Shown here: piece by piece, positions 45,079 to 54,252 of the stretch
Numbering within the stretch: position 1 is the first letter of the stretch
Layout: each line of letters starts with the position of its first letter
From: Chthoniobacterales bacterium
GTDB taxonomy: Bacteria > Verrucomicrobiota > Verrucomicrobiia > Chthoniobacterales > Chthoniobacteraceae
Direction: 5' to 3'
Length of the DNA: 61,526 bases
NCBI GenBank assembly: GCA_038325425.1
Contig: JBBQIZ010000001.1
Span: forward strand, 1-61,526
Position numbers and translations under genes: made by a program
Notes under the pieces: generated by a model
The model's input: only the letters and a program-made list of their open reading frames with translations
Databases searched by the model: none
Told to the model about the DNA's origin: nothing

Positions 45079-47379
45079 TCAGTCATGGATGCCTTTTTCC
45101 TCCCCGATGATCTGCACTTCGGTTTCGAGTCGGACGCCTCGCTCCCGGAGCGCGACTTCCTGCACATGCGCGATCAGCGCGAGCACGTCAGCCGCCGTCG
45201 CGCCTCCTTCGTTGACCAGAAAATTGCCGTGGATTTCGGACACGCGCGCACCGCCGATGCGTTTGCCTTTGAGGCCGAGTTCATCGACCAATTTTCCCGC
45301 CGGGCATTGCTCGGGATTCTTGAAACAGCAGCCCGCGCTGGACTCGCGCGGCTGGGAGGTGCGGCGTTTCTGCGTGGATGCCTCGAGCAATTTCTCGATC
45401 TCCTCGGCCGTGCTCGGATGCCCGACGAACGTCGCCGACACCGCGAAGTTTTTCTCCAGCGTGCCGCAGTGGCGGTAATGCACGTCCATTTCCGCCGGCG
45501 TCTTCATGTGGAAATTGCCGTGCGGATCAATGTAACGGACGCTCACCACCTGCCGGAAAGTCTCGCCGCCCATCGCACCGGCATTCATCCGCAACGCCCC
45601 GCCGACATTGCCGGGGATACCCTCGAACCACTCGAACCCGCCGATCTGCGCATCGCGCGCGGCATAGGCCAGTTCCTTCTGTTTGACGCCGACGCCCGCG
45701 TCGATCTTGCCTTCGCGCACTTCAATCTTTTTGAACTCACCGCGCGCCAGATGCACCACCACGCCGCGAATGCCTCCGTCGCGCACCAGCAAGTTCGAGC
45801 CGCGGCCGATGACCAGGATTGGAATTTCGTTGAGCGTGCAAAAGCGGACCAGCCGCGCAAATCCTTCCTCCGTCTCCGGCTCCGCCCAAAATTGCGCCGG
45901 CCCGCCGACGCGCATCGTGGTGTGCTTCGAGAGCGGCTCGTAGAGTTTGATTGAACCGTGGCCCATCACGGTCTGCAACTCGTCGAGTTGCTTCACGTCC
46001 CGCGCGAGGATCGAAGCCGACTCGTGAATGTTGCCGGCCCCGAGGCTGAGGATTACGTCGCCGGGTTCGAGCGCGCGCCCAATCTCCAGCGCGATCTTTT
46101 TCCGGTCCGGCTGGAAGTGCGCCGCATCGTGGCCTTCGCGAATCATCTCATCGACGATTGTCTGGCCGCTGACGCCAGGAATCGGAATTTCGCTGGCCGC
46201 GTACACGTCGGCGATGATCGCCAGATCCGCATGATGAAAGGCGCGGCCGAATTCCTCCTTGAGCTTCTCGGTGCGCGAGTAGCGGTGCGGCTGGAACATG
46301 CAGAGCACCCGTTTGCGTCCGGTGTTTTTCGCGGTGGCCAGCGTCGCTTTCACTTCGCTCGGGTGATGCCCGTAATCGTCCACGACCATGTAGCGGTCGC
46401 TGCGATACTTGATTTCAAACCGCCGTTTCGCGCCGCGGAAGGATTCCAGCGCCGCGGAAATCTTCTCGAACGGAATGCCCAGTTCCGTGGCCAGCGCGAT
46501 CACGCCCATGGCGTTGCTGACGTTGTGTTTGCCGGGCACGTTGAGCGTCACCGCGCCAAGCGGTTCGCCCCCGCGCAGCACCCGGAAATGGGATTGGAAG
46601 TCCTTCGCGTGCAGATCGTCGAAGCGATAAAACGCGGCGTGCGATTCGCCGTAGGAAATCGCGCCCGGGTGCGGGCTGCAAATGCGCGTGGCGTTCGTGT
46701 CGTCGGCGCAGAAGATCACTTTCCCGCGCGTCTGGCTGAGCAGTTGGTTGAAGACCGCTTCGATCGCCGGGAGGTCGGCGTAATAATCGAGATGCTCTTC
46801 CTCGATGTTCAGCACGATGGCGTGTTCCGGATGATAAAACGCCAGCGTGCCATCGCTCTCGTCGCCCTCCGCGACGAAAAACTCGCCTTCCGCATCCCAA
46901 TTCGCATTCGTGCCGAGGATCGGAATTTCCGCGCCAACGTAATGCGATGGGTGCAGCCCGCCGACCTTGAGCACGTGCGCGGCCATCGACGAAGTCGTCG
47001 TCTTGCCATGCATCCCGCAGATCACGATGCCTTTTTTGCAATTCATGATCGCGGCCAGCGCATCGGCGCGGCGGACCATGTTGCGGTTGGTGCGGATCGC
47101 TTCGTCGTATTCCGCATTGCCCGGACGGATGGCGGACGAGAAAATGATCAGGTCGGCTTCGGCGACGTTGGCCGCTGCCTGGCCGAGGTAAAAATGCAGG
47201 CCGAGCTTTTCCAACCGGTCGGTCTCGACGGTGCGCGCCTTGTCCGAGCCGCTGACGTGATGCCCGAGCGAGATGAGCAACCCCGCGATGCCGCTCATAC
47301 CCGAGCCCGCGACGCCGATGAGGTGAACTTTGAGTTCACCTCCGACGAGGATTTCAGCAAGGATTTGGCCCGTGTCCAT
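45079..47379 (-). CDS. murC: Bifunctional MurC-MurB fusion
   Basis: N-terminal MurC (HLIGVAGSGMSGIA, GMHGKTTT, EGDESDG, DDYGHHP, FQPHRYSRT) continuous with MurB (HTTMRVGGPA, GRGSNLL, GIPGNVGGALRMNAGA, SAGCCFKNP, HGNFLVN, LETEV). Confidence 0.95.
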   Translation of the reverse strand: MDTGQILAEILVGGELKVHLIGVAGSGMSGIAGLLISLGHHVSGSDKARTVETDRLEKLGLHFYLGQAAANVAEADLIIFSSAIRPGNAEYDEAIRTNRNMVRRADALAAIMNCKKGIVICGMHGKTTTSSMAAHVLKVGGLHPSHYVGAEIPILGTNANWDAEGEFFVAEGDESDGTLAFYHPEHAIVLNIEEEHLDYYADLPAIEAVFNQLLSQTRGKVIFCADDTNATRICSPHPGAISYGESHAAFYRFDDLHAKDFQSHFRVLRGGEPLGAVTLNVPGKHNVSNAMGVIALATELGIPFEKISAALESFRGAKRRFEIKYRSDRYMVVDDYGHHPSEVKATLATAKNTGRKRVLCMFQPHRYSRTEKLKEEFGRAFHHADLAIIADVYAASEIPIPGVSGQTIVDEMIREGHDAAHFQPDRKKIALEIGRALEPGDVILSLGAGNIHESASILARDVKQLDELQTVMGHGSIKLYEPLSKHTTMRVGGPAQFWAEPETEEGFARLVRFCTLNEIPILVIGRGSNLLVRDGGIRGVVVHLARGEFKKIEVREGKIDAGVGVKQKELAYAARDAQIGGFEWFEGIPGNVGGALRMNAGAMGGETFRQVVSVRYIDPHGNFHMKTPAEMDVHYRHCGTLEKNFAVSATFVGHPSTAEEIEKLLEASTQKRRTSQPRESSAGCCFKNPEQCPAGKLVDELGLKGKRIGGARVSEIHGNFLVNEGGATAADVLALIAHVQEVALRERGVRLETEVQIIGEEKGIHD

Positions 47380-48464
47380 TATGCGCAAGAATTGAGGATA
47401 GTATCGGCGACCCGCTCGGCGGCCTGCTGCGGCGCAAGACTGGCGCTGCAGGCAGACATGTCAGAAAACCGGGCCGGATCGTCGAGAAACCAGAGCAGCT
47501 TTTTCGCGAGGGTTTCGCCGGTGGTTTCGCGCTCCTGTAATAGCGTCGCCGCCCCCGCACGTTCAAAGATTTTCGCGTTGAAAGTTTGGTGATCCTCCGC
47601 GGCGTAAGGATAAGGGATGAGAATGCCGGGCAGCGCGAAGTGGGAAAGCTCGGTGAGACTCGCCGCTCCGCTCCGCGCGATCGTGAAATCCGCCGCGCTA
47701 TAGGCCTCTTCCATGCGGTGATGAAACGCGGCAACGAAGGCTTTGATACCCGCCTTGGCGTAGCTGTCGCGCATCAACTGCTCATCCTGTTTTCCGGTGA
47801 GGTGAATGATTTGCAACGGCTTCCCCGCAAGTTGCGGGAGCGCATTGATCAGCGCCTGATTGATACCATGCGCGCCCTGGCTGCCGCCCATGACGAGCAA
47901 GGTCTGCAGACCGGGCGTGAGCCCAAAAGCCGTCAGCGCTTCCGTTTTGCCGAGCCGCGTGACCAGCGAGGTCCGGATCGGGGTGCCGGTGACCGTGCTT
48001 TTGCCGGCGGGGAAAAACCGCGCGCATTCCTCGAAACCGAGCAGCACGCGCGTGACCAGACGGGCGTTCAGTTTGTTCGCCTTGCCGGGAATTGCATTCG
48101 ACTCGTGGACGAAGGTCGGGATTTTCCGCGCACGCCCGGCGAGGATCGGCGCGGTCGAAGTGAAGCCGCCCATCCCGAGCACGGCACGCGGCTGAAAATC
48201 CCGATAGAGCGCCTTCACCTGATTCAGCCCGGAACGGAATTTCAACGCGAACTTCACCAGCGCGATCGGCGACTTGCTCTGCATGCCGACCCCCGGCACG
48301 CGCTCGATGCGAAACTCGCTCCGGCCTTGCGTCGCCAGCGAGTCGATCTCCTTTTCCGAAATGATCAGCATTACGCCATGACCCCGCGCGAGCAGCACTT
48401 CCCCGACGGCCAGGCCGGGAAAAAGATGTCCGCCCGTTCCCCCGGCGGCGATGACGATGTTCAT
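47379..48464 (-). CDS. murG: Lipid II GlcNAc transferase MurG
   Basis: GGTGGHLFPG, HESN, GGSQGA, RSGAAS, HQTFNA. Confidence 0.96.
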   Translation of the reverse strand: MNIVIAAGGTGGHLFPGLAVGEVLLARGHGVMLIISEKEIDSLATQGRSEFRIERVPGVGMQSKSPIALVKFALKFRSGLNQVKALYRDFQPRAVLGMGGFTSTAPILAGRARKIPTFVHESNAIPGKANKLNARLVTRVLLGFEECARFFPAGKSTVTGTPIRTSLVTRLGKTEALTAFGLTPGLQTLLVMGGSQGAHGINQALINALPQLAGKPLQIIHLTGKQDEQLMRDSYAKAGIKAFVAAFHHRMEEAYSAADFTIARSGAASLTELSHFALPGILIPYPYAAEDHQTFNAKIFERAGAATLLQERETTGETLAKKLLWFLDDPARFSDMSACSASLAPQQAAERVADTILNSCA

Positions 48465-48468
48465 AAAA

Positions 48469-49632
48469 TCAGAGGCGCACGACCCGGGGCGGTTTGCGGG
48501 TGCGAGCGCGCAGCACGGCGGTGTTTTTTTGCTCTTCGTGATCGTTGAAACCCTGGCGGTAAATGTTGATCAGGATGCCGACGCCGAGCAGGCAGAAGAC
48601 GAGGTTCGAGCCCCCGTAGCTGATGAACGGCAGCGGCAGTCCTTTGTTCGGCAGCAACGACGTGGTAACGCCGATATTCACCGCAGCCTGCAGCGCGATC
48701 ATGATCGTGATGCCAAAGCCGAGCAGCATGCCGAAGCGGTCGCGCGCCCGCATCGCGATCATGGCGCCGCAGAGAATGAGCACCAAATAGACAAAGACGA
48801 CGAGCAGCGTGCAGCGCAGACCGAGTTCCTCGCCGATCACCGGAAAGATGAAATCGGTGTGCGCGAACGGAAGATAGGCCAACTTCTGCCGGCTATTGCC
48901 CAAGCCGAGTCCCTCGACTCCTCCAGAACCCAGCGCGATCAAGCCTTGCAGCGTTTGGTAAGCATCCGCGGGATATTTGTCCGGATAAAGAAACGCGAGG
49001 AAACGTCCGGTGCGCTCGGGCATTTGGTGAATCGCCATCGCCAGTCCGCCGAAACCGGCGACGATCATCGGAACCAGGTAACGCATCCGCGTTCCCGCGA
49101 GAAACATCAGCATGATCGCCGTGGCGCCGATCAGCGCGGTCGTGCCGATATCCACCTCGGGAGCGATCAAGCCCATGAGCACACCTGCGCCCGCCAGCGG
49201 AGCAACGAAACCGTGCAGAAATTTCCCGGCGTAATCTTCATCGCGCGCAAACCACCAGGCCAGCGCCACGATGGCCGCGAGTTTGGCGAATTCGGAGGGT
49301 TGAAAGGAAAAACCCGCGACGCGAATCCAGCGAGCCGAACCATTGATCCGATGTCCGAACGGCGGCACAAAACAAAGCGCCAGCAGCACCACCGCCAAGC
49401 CAAACCAGATCCACCACGTCTTCTGCCAGAGGTGATGATCGACGCTGGCTGCAACGGCGCAGACGATGATTCCCACGACCAGCCACGCCACCTGCCGTTT
49501 CAGCAAAAACGTCGCGCTCCCGTTGCTCTCCGGTGCGTACGCGGAGGTGCTCGAAAGCATGACCAGCCCGAGGACGATCAGCCCGATGACTGCGACGACA
49601 AGGAGATAGACACTGGTACGATGGACGTTCAA
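48469..49632 (-). CDS. ftsW: SEDS peptidoglycan polymerase FtsW
   Basis: NGSARWI, FQPSEFAK, YLPFAHTDFIF, GEELG, PNKGLPLPFISYGGS. Confidence 0.95.
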   Translation of the reverse strand: MNVHRTSVYLLVVAVIGLIVLGLVMLSSTSAYAPESNGSATFLLKRQVAWLVVGIIVCAVAASVDHHLWQKTWWIWFGLAVVLLALCFVPPFGHRINGSARWIRVAGFSFQPSEFAKLAAIVALAWWFARDEDYAGKFLHGFVAPLAGAGVLMGLIAPEVDIGTTALIGATAIMLMFLAGTRMRYLVPMIVAGFGGLAMAIHQMPERTGRFLAFLYPDKYPADAYQTLQGLIALGSGGVEGLGLGNSRQKLAYLPFAHTDFIFPVIGEELGLRCTLLVVFVYLVLILCGAMIAMRARDRFGMLLGFGITIMIALQAAVNIGVTTSLLPNKGLPLPFISYGGSNLVFCLLGVGILINIYRQGFNDHEEQKNTAVLRARTRKPPRVVRL

Positions 49633-49639
49633 GGGCGGG

Positions 49640-50410
49640 TTAACTCTTGCGCGGCGGTACCTTCAAGACCTGTCCAAGTTGGAGCTTTTTCGGGTCGGTA
49701 ATCTTGTTGGCTTTGCTCAATTCCACCGTGGTGAGGCCAAAGGAGCGGGCGATCGAGGTCAGCGTGTCGCCGCTTTTAACGGTGTAAAAGCCGGGCGTCG
49801 TTTTCGTCGGCGGGACGTCGCTCACTTTGACCTTGGTCTTCGGAGTTTCCGCCACCGTTTTTGTGGGCGTCCGCGCGGCGGGAATGGTCAACGTCTTTCC
49901 CGGGTGCAGCACGGCGCCTTCCTTGAGTTGATTGGCGGCCATGATTTCGGCGGTGGTGACTTTGAAGGCGAAGGCGATCTTCGTCAGGTTGTCGCCGGAC
50001 TGGATTTGGTATTGGCGGCTGCCGGCGGACTTCGTGCTCACGACCGCTGGGACCGGGGCGACCGATTCTGCGGAACCGGAAGGCGCGGCGCCCAAGGTCG
50101 ACGGCGAGGTCATCGCGGCATTGGCCGAGTTGCTCTGGGCGGCGACGGGCGCGGCGGGTTCGAGGGCGCTGGTCGTCACTTCGCGATCGCGGCGCGAGGC
50201 TTTGATGCTGTTGAAAGCGTAGATGCCGCCCACCGCGACGACGTGCAAAATGAGGACCACGATGAACGCGCTCGAGAGTTTGGTCGTCGGCTCTTCGGCA
50301 TCGTAATCATCCATCGCGGGGCGCGCCGCACGGGCGCTCGCTTTGAGGATTTTTTTCGGCCGGGGGGTCAGAACGGCGGAGAGTTGGCTCAGGAATTTTG
50401 GTTTTTTCAT
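49640..50410 (-). CDS. Membrane-anchored protein with two LysM domains
   Basis: ATG 50410; TM AFIVVLILHVVAVGGIYAF; YQIQSGDNLTKIA and YTVKSGDTLTSIA LysM repeats. Confidence 0.88.
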   Translation of the reverse strand: MKKPKFLSQLSAVLTPRPKKILKASARAARPAMDDYDAEEPTTKLSSAFIVVLILHVVAVGGIYAFNSIKASRRDREVTTSALEPAAPVAAQSNSANAAMTSPSTLGAAPSGSAESVAPVPAVVSTKSAGSRQYQIQSGDNLTKIAFAFKVTTAEIMAANQLKEGAVLHPGKTLTIPAARTPTKTVAETPKTKVKVSDVPPTKTTPGFYTVKSGDTLTSIARSFGLTTVELSKANKITDPKKLQLGQVLKVPPRKS

Positions 50411-51741
50411 TGGGCAGGCAGGGCTTGAACAAGGGCGCGGAATTGATTCCCGCGGTCGGCGTAATTTTTGAACATGTCGAAGGAGGAAGTGCCGGGGCTG
50501 AACAGGACGACGTCGCCGGGCTGCGCGAGTTCGCTCGCCAGCGCCACAGCCCTCTCCAAGGACCATCCGGCGTTGGCGACCGGCAGACGCGGCTGCCAGA
50601 TCGCCTCGATGCGATCCGCCATTTCTCCAAGCACCACCACGGCGCGGCAGCGCGCGGCGACGAGATCGGTCAGCAGATCGTATTCGAAGCCTTTGTCTTT
50701 GCCGCCGGCGATCAGCACCACCGGGCGCGTCTCGGAATGCAGCGCCTTTTCGACGGAGTCGGGGTTTGTGCCCTTCGAATCGTTGACCCATTCGACGCCG
50801 TTGATCGTGCGCAGAATTTCACACCGGTGCGGCAGCGCCTTGTATTCACACAACGGCGGGACCATCTGCGCGAAAGTCAGGCCGCGGACGAATCCGACGC
50901 CGAGGGCCGCCATCAGATTCTCCGCATTGTGCGAGCCACGCAAATTGGTCTCCGCCATCGCCATCACCCGTTCACCGCGGAAGAAAATCGTCCCGTCACG
51001 CAACGCGTAATCCGCGCCCGGCACATAAGCGCTGAAGGTAATCTTCTGCGCCTTCAACTCCGGCAACTTGTCGCGGAAATTGACCACCGCCCAATCCTCC
51101 GCCGTCTGGTTTTCGAAGATGCGGGTCTTCGCGGCGTAATACTCCTCCATCGACGCGTAGCGATCGAGGTGGTCGGCCGCGAAACCCAGCCAGACCGCCG
51201 TTCCGCAGCGAAACCGCTGGATGGTCTCGAGTTGGAAGGAACTGATCTCGACGGTCATGACATCGAGGTCTTTGCTCTGCCGCACTTTGGCGGAAAAAGC
51301 GGGCCCGATATTGCCGCAGGCCACCGTCTGGACGCCGCAGGCCAGAAGCATTTTTTCGACGAGCTGCGTCGTCGTGGTCTTACCATTTGTTCCGGTAATG
51401 CCGATGATCGGGCAGGCGCACATCTCGTAGGCCAGCTCCAGTTCGCCGATCATCGCGATCCGGCGCTGGATGAAATTCTGCACCAGCGGCACGGCGGGAT
51501 CGATGCCGGGGCTGAGCACGACCGTATTGTAACGTCCGTGCAGACTTTCGTGCTCCGCCGCGAGACCGGCGATGAGACGGATGCCGTGCGCACCCAGCGC
51601 ATCGATTTTCTTGCGCAGTTTGTTTTCTTCCGCGGTGTCGAGAACAGTAATCATAGCTCCCTCCTGATGTAATAATAAGGCGGCGGATTCACCGCTTTCG
51701 CCGGCTCCAAGCACGGCAATGGACTGGTTGGCGTAGGACAC
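50407..51741 (-). CDS. murD: UDP-MurNAc-L-Ala--D-Glu ligase
   Basis: GTG 51741; VLGAGESG, SPGI, ITGTNGKTTT, EISSFQLE, DHLDRY, NDSKGTN, SPGTSSFDMF. Confidence 0.95.
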   Translation of the reverse strand: MSYANQSIAVLGAGESGESAALLLHQEGAMITVLDTAEENKLRKKIDALGAHGIRLIAGLAAEHESLHGRYNTVVLSPGIDPAVPLVQNFIQRRIAMIGELELAYEMCACPIIGITGTNGKTTTTQLVEKMLLACGVQTVACGNIGPAFSAKVRQSKDLDVMTVEISSFQLETIQRFRCGTAVWLGFAADHLDRYASMEEYYAAKTRIFENQTAEDWAVVNFRDKLPELKAQKITFSAYVPGADYALRDGTIFFRGERVMAMAETNLRGSHNAENLMAALGVGFVRGLTFAQMVPPLCEYKALPHRCEILRTINGVEWVNDSKGTNPDSVEKALHSETRPVVLIAGGKDKGFEYDLLTDLVAARCRAVVVLGEMADRIEAIWQPRLPVANAGWSLERAVALASELAQPGDVVLFSPGTSSFDMFKNYADRGNQFRALVQALPAQ

Positions 51742-51743
51742 AT

Positions 51744-52883
51744 TCAACGAAGTTTGAGGGTGGCGAGCCCGAGCAGGGCGAACATGATCGAAAGGATCCA
51801 GAAGCGGACGATGACGGTATTTTCCTTCCAGCCCTTGAGCTCGAAATGATGATGCAGCGGCGACATCAGGAAGATGCGGCGGCCTTCGCCGTAACGCTTT
51901 TTTGTGATCTTGAACCACGAACGCTGGATGAGCACGGAGACCGCTTCGATGACGAACACGCCGCCCACGACGACGAGCAGCATTTCCTGTTTCGTGCAGA
52001 TCGCGGTGACGCCGAGCATGCCGCCAATCGCCAGCGAACCGGTATCGCCCATGAAGACTTTCGCCGGATGGCAATTAAACCAGAGAAAGCCAAACGAGGC
52101 GCCCACCAGCGCCATGCAGACGACGGTCAACTCGCCCGCAAACGGATAGAACGGGATCTGCAGATACGACGCGATATTGACGTGTCCGCAGACGTAGCAG
52201 AGCACCGCGTAGGCGAAGGCGGCGGTGCAGGTGCAGCCGGCAGCGAGGCCGTCGAGACCGTCGGTCAGATTGACGGCATTGGACGCGCCGATGATGACCA
52301 AGCCAAAGAATCCCAGCGTCCCGATGATGCCGAGATTCGCGATGATCGGCTCCTTGTAGAACGGGATGTAAAGCGCGCGGGCCTGGACATCGACCGCCGG
52401 ATTCATCAGGAAAAACGCCGTGACGATGACCGCGAGCGCCGCCTGCGCGACGAGTTTGGTCCGTTCGCTCACCCCGGCGGAATTCTTTTTGCTGACCTTC
52501 AGATAATCATCCCAAAAGCCGAGGCCGCCGCAGAAGAGCAGCACGAAAATGAGCAGCCATACGGCGATGTTGTCCGGCCGCGCCCAGACGAGCGAGGAAA
52601 CGATGACCGCCCCGAGCATGAGCACGCCACCCATCGTCGGCGTGCCGGCCTTGGCGCCGTGCAGTTCGAAGAGTTTGTTTACTTCTTCCTTGGACCGGAT
52701 GGGCTGGCCGAGCTTGAGCGAAATGAGGCGGCGGATGACCCAGTTCCCGCACATCAGCGACAGCAGGAAGGCCATCATCGCCGCGGCCAACGCGCGGAAG
52801 GTGATGTATTGAAAGACGTTGAAGGCGCGGAAAAATTCCTGATCCGGAAACGTCTGCACCAGCTTCGACAGATAGTACATCAT
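51744..52883 (-). CDS. mraY: Phospho-MurNAc-pentapeptide translocase
   Basis: GTPTMGG, DDYLK, NAVNLTDGLDGLA, VFMGDTGS, PLHHHFE. Confidence 0.97.
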   Translation of the reverse strand: MMYYLSKLVQTFPDQEFFRAFNVFQYITFRALAAAMMAFLLSLMCGNWVIRRLISLKLGQPIRSKEEVNKLFELHGAKAGTPTMGGVLMLGAVIVSSLVWARPDNIAVWLLIFVLLFCGGLGFWDDYLKVSKKNSAGVSERTKLVAQAALAVIVTAFFLMNPAVDVQARALYIPFYKEPIIANLGIIGTLGFFGLVIIGASNAVNLTDGLDGLAAGCTCTAAFAYAVLCYVCGHVNIASYLQIPFYPFAGELTVVCMALVGASFGFLWFNCHPAKVFMGDTGSLAIGGMLGVTAICTKQEMLLVVVGGVFVIEAVSVLIQRSWFKITKKRYGEGRRIFLMSPLHHHFELKGWKENTVIVRFWILSIMFALLGLATLKLR

Positions 52884-54247
52884 GGCGCGAGCAGGCCCTC
52901 CACGATGCGCTCCATCCTGGCGGAACGGCTACCCTTGATCAGGACGAGATCCCCGGCTTTGACGAGATCGTGCAGGACCTTCGTCGCTTCCTCGGTGGTT
53001 TCGACGTGCACGACTTTTTCGATCCCGCCGCGCCAGGCCGCTTCGGTGATCCACTGCGCATCCGTGCCCACACCGATGACCGCATCGCAATGCGACTGCG
53101 CGGCGACTTCGCCGACGTAACGATGGCCGCGCTCGGCTTCCGTGCCGAGTTCGCCCATGCGGCCGAGCACGGCGATGCGGCGGCCCACCGCCGGCATGCT
53201 GGCCAGCGTGCGCAGCGCCGCGGCGACGGAATCAGGATTGGCGTTGTAAGTATCGTCGAGGACCTGAATGCCGCGGATGACTTTCTGTTCGAGCCGGCCT
53301 TTGGTCAGCCGCAGTTTGGTCAAGCCAGCCGCCGCTTCTTCGAGCGACAAACCAAAGACGCGACCCGCGGCCGCGGCGAGCACGGCGTTGCGGACCATGT
53401 GTTCACCCGGCACCGCCAGTTCGGCCTCCGCGGAGCGCCCGTCCGCGTGCAGCACAAACTTGGTGCCGCCCGCCTGCACCTGCAGGTCGCTGGCAAAAAC
53501 GTCCCCTTTGCCGATTCCCGCGAGCACCACGTCCGCTTTCGTCCGCGCAGCGATGATTTCCGAAAATTCGTCATGCGCGCTCAGGATCAGCGTCCCGCTC
53601 GGCGGCAGCGCTTCGGCGAGCGCGCCTTTTTCCTGCGCGATCGCCTCACGGCTGCCCAAGAACTCGATATGCGCCATCCCAATGTTGGTGATGATGCCGA
53701 CCTCCGACCCCGCCAGCGCGGCCAGCGGAGCAATCTCCCCCGGGTGGTTCATCCCCATCTCGATGACCCCGACTTGGTCGGTCGCGCGGGCCTTGAGGAG
53801 CGTGAGCGGCAAGCCAATGTGGTTGTTGAAATTTCCCTCCGTCTTCATCACCTGGAAGTTTTCGCCGAGCACCGACGCGGTCAGATCCTTGGTGCTCGTC
53901 TTCCCGTTACTGCCCGTCAGGCCGATGATTTGCAGGGGCAGCGTGCGCCGATAATTCGCGGAGAGTTGCTGCAAGGCGTGGAGCGTATTGGCGACCAGAA
54001 TGACCGCAAAACCTGACGGCAGTTCAGCGGGAAATTCCTCGACGATCGCGCCCGCGGCTCCACGTCGGGCCGCTTCGGCAACGAACGTGTGCGCATCGAA
54101 GTTTTCCCCGCGCAAAGCGACGAACAAATCACCCGCCTTGAGGGCGCGCGAATCCGTACAAACGGAAGTGACCGCTCCCTGCGGATCGCCCGCCGCCAGC
54201 GTGCCTCCGGCCCATTGCGCGATTTTTTCGAAGCTCGTGGGATCCAT
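52880..54247 (-). CDS. murF: UDP-MurNAc-tripeptide--D-Ala-D-Ala ligase
   Basis: TDSR, TGSNGKTSTK, GNFNNHIGLP, EMGMNHPGEI, DDTYNANP, KGSR. Confidence 0.96.
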   Translation of the reverse strand: MDPTSFEKIAQWAGGTLAAGDPQGAVTSVCTDSRALKAGDLFVALRGENFDAHTFVAEAARRGAAGAIVEEFPAELPSGFAVILVANTLHALQQLSANYRRTLPLQIIGLTGSNGKTSTKDLTASVLGENFQVMKTEGNFNNHIGLPLTLLKARATDQVGVIEMGMNHPGEIAPLAALAGSEVGIITNIGMAHIEFLGSREAIAQEKGALAEALPPSGTLILSAHDEFSEIIAARTKADVVLAGIGKGDVFASDLQVQAGGTKFVLHADGRSAEAELAVPGEHMVRNAVLAAAAGRVFGLSLEEAAAGLTKLRLTKGRLEQKVIRGIQVLDDTYNANPDSVAAALRTLASMPAVGRRIAVLGRMGELGTEAERGHRYVGEVAAQSHCDAVIGVGTDAQWITEAAWRGGIEKVVHVETTEEATKVLHDLVKAGDLVLIKGSRSARMERIVEGLLAP

Positions 54248-54252
54248 GTGCG

